Source: Parasitella parasitica NRRL 2501
Lineage: Eukaryota > Fungi > Mucoromycota
Length of the DNA: 64,000 nucleotides
Reading direction: 5' to 3'
NCBI GenBank assembly: GCA_025201805.1
Contig: MU619237.1
Span: 365,552 to 429,551, forward strand
Positions 50,891-61,024 of this stretch are shown in pieces. A program made the translations under genes and the position numbers. The notes beneath the pieces are model-generated. The model had not been told where the DNA came from and did no database searches. It saw nothing but the letters and a program-made list of their open reading frames with translations. How positions within the stretch are numbered: the first letter of the stretch is position 1; each line of letters opens with the position of its first letter.

Positions 50891-51472
50891 TTATTTTTCA
50901 ACGTTAATCCATAAATCTATTATGGTACGAAAATCGATGTTAGCTCCATCAATTATTAAGTGTGCATCATCAACACTAGATGAAGGTAAAGTAGGATTTG
51001 ATAATTCTTTTACTATATAATCAAATGGTTCAACTGGAGATACCGGTTTGTTCATGCAATCTGTCATTTCAATCTGTGTGTGAGATGTAGAAATCTCGTC
51101 ACTGGATGAGCTTGATGATTCAATTACTTGAATGCTTGTTTTTTTAGTTTTTGATCGTGGAAGTCGCTTTTTCTTCGTAATAGGATTGAATTTGTAAAGC
51201 GGATGTAATTTTTTGTGCTGTATGCTCTTTTCTTCGGCAACTCGGCTCCACTGTCTTTTTTCATATTCTGACATTAGTTTCCAAGCATCCCTTGCCATAC
51301 GTGATATATCACACTGCTTTTCTTGCTGGTTCATGACATCGCGAAATTTAGAATTAAAGTAGGTCCGGAAACAAAGGAATGAGTTTGATGGACGTTTAAT
51401 TTTCTCTTTAGTGGGTCCAGTCTTCTGGGATTCTGAAAGAATGTCTTCAGCAGTAGTGATAACTATCTTCAT
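50891..51472 (-). CDS. sexM: Mating-type HMG-box transcription factor, most likely SexM (193 aa, intronless)
   Basis: KIKRPSNSFLCFR..DISRMARDAWKLMSEYEKRQW..AEEKSIQHKKLHPLYKFNP plus a basic tail; lies between rnhA and tptA/algA. The short length, N-terminal HMG box and YxFxP ending favour sexM over sexP. Confidence 0.85.
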   Translation of the reverse strand: MKIVITTAEDILSESQKTGPTKEKIKRPSNSFLCFRTYFNSKFRDVMNQQEKQCDISRMARDAWKLMSEYEKRQWSRVAEEKSIQHKKLHPLYKFNPITKKKRLPRSKTKKTSIQVIESSSSSSDEISTSHTQIEMTDCMNKPVSPVEPFDYIVKELSNPTLPSSSVDDAHLIIDGANIDFRTIIDLWINVEK

Positions 51473-52326
51473 TTTTCTCAAGGATATAATTGTAGGAGGA
51501 AAGAAAAATGCCCTAATTTGACTCAGGCACGGATGATTTATATTTTCCAAAACAATGAAAACGGAAAGTGCAGCCAGGAGTTACACGGAGGGGTGGCATC
51601 ATATCAATGCTTCGGCATGATCTACTATACTACTCAAATTTTAAAAAAAATCGTGTTACCTCCTCTAATGAAAAAGAGGATTGCAGAGTTTAAACCCATT
51701 TTGGATAGTATAGAATCTTTTCAAACAAAAAATGTGCAATCTTCATTGTTGAGCTCCTGAAAAATTTAAAGAATCTATAGGTAATCACTTCACTTAAGAT
51801 ATTGAGATTAAGAGTTGTTGAAAGTAATTTCAGGGACTGTTCGTAGTAAGGGCTTAGTAATAATCCCATTATTTTGCTAATAATAAATCTTGTTATTAGA
51901 TCATTACTACTATATATCAGCCAGCTATTAGACACATACCTTTACAATACATATCATTTCTAAAGTTCTGTCCTTACATGAGATTGTATCGCCTTTCATT
52001 TAGGGAAAACGAGTCTATAACATTTGCTCAAGGAATAAATAAATATCCAAGCAATACTTCTTATCAACCCAGTTTTCAAAAAATAACGAAGACTATTACA
52101 GAATAGCACTTTTCTCACCTTGGCATAAGTGATGTGCCGAGCCTTCGAAATCAACCACAGGAAGATGCTGCAATAGTTCCACAATCAACATTGGCCTGGT
52201 ACAACAAGAATCAACCCGTTGTACCTATCAGAGCCACGAGCCTACAGCAAAGATAAAAAAAAAAAGGCCACCTTCATCTAACAAATATAAAAAATCCAGA
52301 AATACAGAAAGAATTATCGATATATC

Positions 52327-52800
52327 ATGCTACCGATTTGAAATGCAGTTTGGAATTAGGTACTTGGAGGCCAACATTTTGTGCCATCTCGATAATCTTA
52401 TTTTCAATTGCTGCATGCGGTATATATTAAACTGCTTTACAAACAACATTGATAAATACATTGCTAACGCCTTTTGATTCAAAGTAAATCTTACAATGGT
52501 ATTATCTAGCCTGGCTGCTTTTGGTGCTATATTATTGCAGTAGTCAAATCGAGTACTGTTTTCTGGACTCAGCATAATGCCTGGAGATTCGGGTCTAGTA
52601 CTTCGATATTTAATTCGTAGTATAGTATTAATGTATATAGGCTTTTGCGCCATTGTTCGTTATTACAATATTCTACAACCTTACGTTCAAAACCTGTTCA
52701 TACAGAGAGTGTCCATGTCTGCATTATTACTTATGCTGGATGTCGTCCTCGCCTACTCTTTTATTTTTTCGTATGATATTGTTGGGTTACCCTATTGATC
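52327..52800 (+). pseudogene. tptA: Pseudogenised triose-phosphate-transporter-family gene (psi-tptA), divergent from the sex gene
   Basis: 52391: DNLIFNCCMRYILNCFTNNIDKYIANAF*FKVNLTMVLSSLAAF/WCYII, matching the family pattern C..WY.SS.LTNN..K.I...F.YP.TLT..QF. After an AG acceptor, 52641: AFAPLFVITIFYNLTF.../VSMSALLLMLDVVLAYSFIFSYDIVGL, matching AL.PLFTV..Y....Y.SL.PLTLGV.LACSF. In-frame stops, frameshifts, and the expected syntenic position. Confidence 0.75.
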
Positions 52801-53279
52801 TTCCAACAGCCGTCAAATAGAGATGGTCAAAAAGACTACACCAAGACTTGCTTCCATACAGTTGTATGAACTTGTATCAAAACTAACTTGGAGTAACCAA
52901 TGAATCTTGGTCTCACGCCTTCTATTTTGTGGCTATTAAAAAGTTATAGATTCAAATATTGGCTTCTAAATCCAGATCAGACAAAAATGAGACTGAAATC
53001 AAAAGCCATGCAATGGGGAGCAAACTTGATGGCGGTTGCGATGTAGAAAAATATTACCAAGACGTGAGATACGAGGCTGACGATATATAATCTTGCGTTC
53101 AATAATCTAACCTGGCCATTGGTGCTGTACATTGTGCTCTTTGACAGATATCCCAAAATTGTTTCAAGGTTAAACCTGAAGGTTTCAAACGTCATATTTA
53201 ATAAGTCTCAGTGTGTCAGCCTTTGTTATCAATTTTTTTCTTCCCACTTTTTCGATTAAAATTAAATTAGAATAGAACA

Positions 53280-54678
53280 ATGGGACCGAGGAAGCCAGAA
53301 GTTGAATACATTTCGTTATCGAAATTACAAGCCCAAAAACGAGCAGAACCAACCGAAAAGACAAGGGAGGCTTACAAGTGCTTGGAAAAGTTAGCAAACA
53401 ATGCATTGAAAAGTGGGCCATACAGCATCACTTTCGACAAGAAGCAGGCCCATACTGCACCAACAGGCGATATGCGAGATTTCCTTAGTTACGCTCCGTA
53501 AGTTACTCCAAAATGCTCTCAAACGATCGATCTCTAACCTCTTGCTTTATATCTTAGATATTGGTGGCCTGTAAGCTGAGATGATGTTTTCTTTGTGATT
53601 TTGAAAACTGAATAGCGTATTAAAACTTAGGAACATCCCAACGATCGCAACACAAAATACATCCGTAAAGACGGTAAAAAAAATCCAGGTATTACATTGC
53701 AATGCATGTGTCTGACAAGGGGTAGAGCCACTGATAGATGAATTTTTTTTATTATAGACGTAGCGGAAGCAAGAGATCAATGCCAGTTAGAATCCGTCGC
53801 AGAGAGCATACAGTTTTTATGCTTGGGATACTTTTTTTTCAATAACGAAAACTATGCTATTCATGCGGTCTCATTACTGGACTCTTTCTTTGTCAATGAA
53901 AAGACGCGAATGAATCCCAATCTCAATTATGCTCAATTCGTAAGAGGCTCTCAGAATCACTCGCATCGAGGCCGCGGCGAAGGCGTCATTAGCTCCAGAG
54001 CGTAAGAAGCAGGTTATTTGTTTTTTTAGACACATAAAAAAAGCTAAATTAATATTCTCTTTTAGCTTATCCCGCATCGCGAATCTTTTACCGCTTTTAG
54101 ATGCATTCCATGGCTACTATGCATTAAAGCAATATATACACTCTTGGTTCGGCTCATATCTTGAATGGCTCCAGTCGAGTCGTGTCGCGTTAGAGGCTGC
54201 AAAAGCTACAAATAATATCCATACGTGGTATACTGTGCAGGTAGCTGCAATAGAGCAATTCTTGCACCCTGTATCCCCTCAAGTATCCAACGTACTGTAC
54301 ACATTCTTCAAGGAATCCCTGCCAAAGCAAATGGACGCCAAGACAGGCAACCAGCCGCACGAATCAAAGCGAACAAGGCCGCTTCATTATCTCACCTTCA
54401 ACCTGCAAGCCATCGTATTTCTCGCAGAGGTATCCAAGGACGTCGGACTAGATGTTTGTCGTTCCAATGATCTGGTTAAACTAGCGACGTACATCACGAA
54501 ATATGCATCTGACGATAATCAGGACATTACAGAGGCCGTTCGCTGCGTCGAGATCATTGCCAACGGAACTGGCAATCAAGACGAAACCTTTCGATTTTTC
54601 CTTGACAAGGCTTATCATTGCAAATTTGCAGAGAAAATGGGTGGCCCCAAAAACGCGATCCATGTGCTGTGGTCTTGA
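53280..54678 (+). CDS. algA: Alginate-lyase-domain protein (sex-locus-linked algA; about 5 exons)
   Basis: APTGDMRDFLSYAP|YWWP|..YIRKDGKKNP, FFVNEKTRMNPNLNYAQFVRG, NNIHTWY, QPHESKRTRPLHYLTFNL. Confidence 0.88.
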
Positions 54679-54879
54679 AACTACTGTGAATATCGTCAAC
54701 TGTCAATATTTTGATGCAACTTTTAATAAAACCATGCATCAAGGTACGCAAACATTGGAATTATACTTTATTTAGATATATCGTTTTTTTTTTCTTTCTT
54801 TGCTTTCAAATATTATCATACCGTCAACCGACACAATGGTGCCCTTTTTCTCTCATTTTCCTTTACTCAATTTGCTTGG

Positions 54880-57800
54880 ATGAGAGTTGCTATTGACCGC
54901 GGGCTGCCGTGGCTACTCATATTTATATCGTTCATTTCAGTAGGGTAAGTTTTTTTTTGCAGCAAAGGCTCAGAGTAATGTATGTGGTACGACACTGACA
55001 TATGCTGACAGAACCAAGGCAGCAGATGGTAATACGCCCCTTCCATCATCCTCTTTGTCTTTGCGCAATGGGATTGACCAACTGGATTTACCAGTGCTCA
55101 ATGCTGACCAAAATGCGGGAAAGGAGGCTCTCGATGATATATTTGCAATAAATGCCGTTACTGTAACAGCTACAGCAACAGCCAAGGTGTCTTCTACTGT
55201 CACAAGCACCATCAAGTCAACCGTTCCCGCCTCCAGTTCAACCACTGGCACAGTTTCTCCCAAAAGCACTTTGACTGTTGTTGTTTCTACCACTGTGTCA
55301 CAGTCTTCTACATCAAAAACTAGTTCTGCGGCATCTAGTACTTCCAGTAGGAGCACTTTGACAACAGCAACTACAACGACAGCCAAAACGACTTCCAGCT
55401 CTACGTCTTCACCAAGGTCGACGTCAACACCTACGCCAACGCCAACGCCAACGCCTACACCTGAGCCAGTTCCAGATCCAGTTGTTTATCCAACGGAAAT
55501 CGATACTGATTTACTAATCTTTTGCTTAAACAACATTGATCAGACCAGTTGTGCAGATCTCTTCCGCCTAATTCACTTCTTTTTCACTGCAAGGCTCAAT
55601 TCAGATCCGGTTCTCGTGGAGTATCTTTTGGAGATTGGCGTCGATGTGCCTGAAACAGATGTAGTCACTGCGACCTCTACGTCAACATCTAGTGTAAGTT
55701 TCCTCTTGTTTACCTGACGAGCTTGGTATATTCAAACTTTATAATGTGTAGCTCTTCTTTACTGAATACACAACGACTACTGTCAGTACAAACTCAATCG
55801 AAGTTGTCAGATCAACATCCACAGTATACGTAGATTTCGTAAGTACTGGGGAGTGCAAGGAAAAGATACAAGTCTACTAATAGCTGTTGATAGAGCGATG
55901 ATGGCGGCAGTACAGCTGTCGAAACTAATGGACAGATCTCCTGCTCTCCTGCACCTCCCCCCGAAACTGTCACGGCCATTTCGACTCAAGTTTCCACCAG
56001 CACTGCCACTGTTCTGCACGTTTCAACTGCCACTGTAGTGAATCTGGTTACGGTAACACCTGATCCAGCACTAGGCACACTGACCGCCGGTGGGCCTGTT
56101 GAATGTGGTTTGGTTTTGGCTAATACTGCAGTATTCAGCTGTCTGGCTATGATAGCGCAAGTCACTCCACCACCGTTTCCATCTGAATGCAGTGAATTGC
56201 CCGACTACTTGGGTCCCATTGATCCACTGGCAGCATCTTGTTATGCTAGCGAACCTGTAGTAACTGATACTTGTTCTGCCTTACAGATAACTCCTACTAC
56301 TGCCACCTACACAGTAACAGATCCTTCATTCACAAGTACGGTAACCGCTCCTGCTTCAACTGTAACAGCTCCTCCCACCACAATCACCGAGCCTGCTTCC
56401 ACTATCACAGCTACAGAGGTAATTGTTGTTGCTGATCCGCTAGGCCATGATACCTGTGGGTTAATTTTGGGCGGTAACGGCGAGGGTATGTTGGATGGTG
56501 ATGTGGCGTCCTCTTGCTTGTCCAGTTTGTACAGCAGAGTATCGTATCTACCTTATACAACTACACTTGTTCCTTTGACCGAAACAATATTTGCAACTAC
56601 GACCCAAACCGACACATTTACGGCTACCGAAACATCGCTAGATATTCGATTAATTACTGCGTCCATAAGCCATACTGTTACAGAAACAGCCACGGATTTC
56701 GAGACAGAGTATGAGCTGACTACCGCTACCGTCACAGAGCATGATACATCTACAACTACAGCTACTGTAACAACTACAGATACAGCTTATAGGACAGAGC
56801 ATGAACTGACTGTGGCTACCGTAACAAGCACAGAAACTCAGACCAAGACAGACGTGGATATCAGAATAGTTACAGCCACTATCGAATCTACCTTGACTAC
56901 AACTGTGCACGATACTGTCACTAATTTCGCAACGCTGACCAGTACAGACATCAAGACAACTACAGACACAATTACAGCAACAGCAACTACCACAAGTACA
57001 GATCGTTTAACAGATATAGACATCCGACTTGTCACTGCGACGGTGACAACCACATCCATACTGACAGACTATAAGACTATCACTGACTATGCAACTCTTA
57101 CTGCGACAAGTTTCAACACGATAACAGAAACAGCAACAGCCACTGCCACAACTACAGCAACCAATTTTGTAACTAAGGTAGACGTTAGCCTCGTTACTGC
57201 AACCATCAGCGCTACAGCAACAGTGACAGAGAAGGACGTTGTTACCAGTTTAGCAACCATCACAGCAACAGACCTGAGAACTACCACAGACACCATCACA
57301 GCAACATCTACAGTTACTGAAAGAGTCACTGAGACTGAGGTTAGCCTCATCACTGAGACTCTGAGCAGCGTTGCCACTATTGTTGAGTATAATACTGTAA
57401 CTGACGTATCCACAGTTACCAGCAGTGTATTTAGCACCATTACAGACGTCATTACTGATACTTTGACCACCACTCAAGTCAAGACTGAAGTAGACGTTCG
57501 CCTGGTTACCGCCACATTGACCACCACTGCTACCGTTGTCGAGCGTGACACAGTAACTAGTTTGGCGACCATTACAAGCATAAGCACAAGCACAAGCACA
57601 AGCATTGGTACAGTAACAAACACACTCACCGAAACAGCAACGTCTACACAGACTCAAACAAGAGTAGACGTAAGCCTAGTTACTGCCACTATTACAGCAA
57701 CGTCTACAGTTTCAAGTATCGATACTCTCACCGATTATGCAACAGTGACAAGCACAAAATACAGCACATTGACAGATACAATCACATCCACATCCACATC

Positions 57801-60384
57801 AACGTCTACACTCATTAAACATGTCACAGACGTCGATGTTCGTCTGATCACAGCTACTATAAGCACAACAGCCACTATTACTGAGCATGCTGTATCTACT
57901 GAATACGTCCCAGTAACTCAAAGCGGCACTGCAGGCACCATTGCTACTGTAACTATATCAGAGCTGGTCACAACAACGCAGCGTGTAACTGATGTTGATG
58001 TCAGGCTCATTACGGCTACAATGACTACTACAGCCACAGTAACTGATCGTGATATCATTACGCAATTCAATACAATCACCAACACAGCAACAAGCACTAT
58101 CACCTCTACTGCCACTGCTACGACAACTGCTACCGAGCGGGTGACAGATGTAGATGTCCGTCTGGTTACAGCCACGCTGACAACGACAGCCACTTTAACT
58201 CAGCATGAGACTCTCACTGAATTGGCCACGATAACAAGCACTGCAACTACGACTAGTCCTGTCACTATAACCAGCACTGCTACAACCACAACAACTACTC
58301 ATGTCACGGATATAGATGTCAGGCTTGTCACCATAACAAACACCCAAACATCGACTCAGCACGAGACATCCACTGCTTATGCAACGATTACAAACACAGA
58401 GACATCGACTGCAACCAACATTATTACTGATTTCAGCACCATCACATCGACAGCTACTCAGCGTGTGACAGATGTGGACATCCGTTTAGTAACTGCAACA
58501 ATCAGCACTACTTCTACAGTGACAGAGCGTAGCACAGTAACAGACGTCGCTACCGTCACTCGAGATGTAATAGAAACCGCCACCATTACATCGACAATCA
58601 CTGACGTAACTACAGCCATTACCACATCAACAGCTCACATTACAGATGTTTCTGTGAGCTTGGTTACAGCCACCATCCATGATACATTGACAGCTACTGT
58701 GCATGACACTATTACGTTGCATGATACAATAACAGATACTACAACCAACACAGTTACCGCGACAACCACTGCTGTCAAGACTTCTACTCAGTATGTCACC
58801 GAAGTGGATATACGATTGGTCACGGCCACCATCACGACGACAGCTACTGTCACTGACCACAACGTGTCCACCTCTTTAGCCACAGTGACACAGAGCGTCT
58901 TTGAAACAGACTTTGTTACAGAAACTTGGACTACAACAGCAACTACCACATCAACAGATTTACGCACTAGTGTGGATGTCCGTCTTGTTACTGCTATTAT
59001 CAACAACACAATTGTACAAACATCGCTCCAAACGTTTACGTCTTACCTGCCACTTACAATCAACGTGACAGACACTCAAGTATTGACAACAACCACAACA
59101 GCTACTAGCACAGACACTGTGCATGTTACTGATGTAGACGTTCGTCTCGTAACAGCCACAGTTGACAAGACGGATACTGCTACTACAACGACTACGGAAA
59201 CCTCCTTGGGTACATCCACGACAACTGAGTATGTCACTAAAACGGACGAGGTCCATCTGCATATTGGAACAAGCGACCATATTGTGCATCAAAGCGATTT
59301 GACTATAACGTGTATCGGTGAAGACGGCAACGTGGAGATGCATGGCTACGTAACGAATGATTTTGGAGCTACAACCGTCTATTATGGAGACTATGATGAG
59401 GATGGGCATAACCATCACTATCACGGCCATGGAGACTACTACGGAGGAGGTTATTACAACGGGCACCGTTATGGCAAGTACTACGGAAGCAGTGAGGTCT
59501 GCAGCACATTCACTACTATCGATGAAAACGGTAGCCAAGTTACCGTCACTTCGACCGAGATGATTGCTCATACCGATATGCTTGATTATACTTTGGTAAC
59601 AGCAGAAAGCACTACATATGGGGTCGGACAGCAGCTAGTTGTTAGTACAAATATTGACATGTAATAAGGAACAACTTCCATTAACTTGATTTTCTTTAAA
59701 TGCTAGTATAAAACCGTTTGCTCAACGTCAACCAAGAGCCCAACTGCAGAACCCACAGCTGATTTCAGGGATCCATCAATATCAAGCATGGATGTCAATA
59801 ATTTGATCATCAACTGCGAAACTTTGACTGAAACAAAGTCAGAAACGTTTGGCCATTGCTCTGTAAGTTTTTATTATACGTGTATCTAAAGACGAAACGA
59901 CTCATAGCAACTGCTGCGATAGGATGTATTTATGACTTATACATCGTCATTGTGCGAAATCTGCAGTGCTCCTGTTCATGTCACGTCTACTCAAGTACTG
60001 ACGATCCCAGTCATTATGGAAAGCCATGAGGCCAACCACTCCACGAAGCAAGACGATACAGAGGTTGTTTACGTCACGGAAACAGTTGGGGAGCCTGAAG
60101 CAACAGCATATATCGCTTCTAATAGCATCAGTGACACTGAAAATGGCGAGGATACAGAAGTAGTGCATGTCACTGTAACTGCGCAAGGCGAGCCGCTTGA
60201 TATTTCCACAGGACCAGCTACAAGCGGCGGTGACGAGCAAGAACATGCTGCTGCTTCAAAACCAGAAGATTCAGAGGGCCATGTTGTTTTCGCAACTCCA
60301 ACTATTCAATACAACCAAGGCTACTCGGAAGAAGACCCACATCTTTTGTCTGCCACAAAAACTGTCAATGGAGGAGCTGTTTAA
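54880..60384 (+). CDS. Large secreted Thr-rich tandem-repeat protein (mucin/adhesin-like, ~1,700 aa, 6 exons)
   Basis: Signal-peptide-like exon 1 MRVAIDRGLPWLLIFISFISVG; ORFs 55055-55717, 56038-59664 and 59932-60384 joinable by GT-AG introns; about 16 repeats with core T(D/E)VD(V/I)RLVTAT. Confidence 0.85.
56630..59200 (+). repeat. Coding tandem repeat array, period ~50-60 aa (~155-185 bp)
   Basis: Recurrent VD(V/I)(R/S)L(V/I)TAT motif; degenerate at the DNA level. Confidence 0.9.
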
Positions 60385-60562
60385 ATAACTGCTTTTTATG
60401 AGCCCTTGAAAATTTCCAGTTTCTTAGTATTTATACGCAAAATTACCACATCATAACATAATCGCATTACACATTATTTAGAGCAACAGCTTTTTTAAAT
60501 TGACCCATTTTAAAGTGAAAAATTTCGGTGTTTGGATACCTGAGCATTAAGGCTTGGAAAAT

Positions 60563-60608
60563 CGAGAGAGAGAGAAGAAGAGAAAGAGAGAGAGAGAAAG
60601 AGAGAGAC
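60563..60608. repeat. GA-rich microsatellite
   Basis: Seen directly. Confidence 0.85.
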
Positions 60609-61024
60609 AGTATCTAAACTACTGCTGCGTAAACGTCAGTACACAAAATTAAGTTACTTTGTGGTTTAATACACTCAATTTGGCACTAAATTCTTCATAA
60701 CTAATCTGAATCAAATCTAACCACCAACTTGGTGCTGTTTCCCTGTGTAAGGATCAAGTCTCTGAGTTGTTGATTAAATGTAGGCATCTGTTTTCACATG
60801 TTTAATTTGATAGGAGGCCAATACATCTCAACACTCACAAGCAGATTGCCATTTGGATGAAATAGATAAGCTATTCTTGGTTTGAATTTGCTGTAACTTT
60901 GTAAAGCACCTGTTTGTCTTCCATAAATTTGATGACACTTTAGACTAATTGATGGAATAATGATTTTTACTGATATAATATAATATAAAAAAAAAACGAA
61001 TAATCTATAGGTTGCCTAATCGCA

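Noticed and set aside
50891-51550. 219-aa longer version of the HMG ORF, or a sexP assignment
   Set aside because: The upstream 26 codons look non-coding and ATG 51472 has a good A-rich context; size and HMG position fit SexM better, though a phylogeny is needed
52977-53195. Hydrophobic 72-aa minus ORF as an inverted tptA C-terminal fragment
   Set aside because: Resemblance too weak to support by eye
56630-59200. CRISPR-like or transposon repeat array
   Set aside because: Repeats are conserved at the protein level, degenerate at the DNA level, and lie inside one open eukaryotic exon
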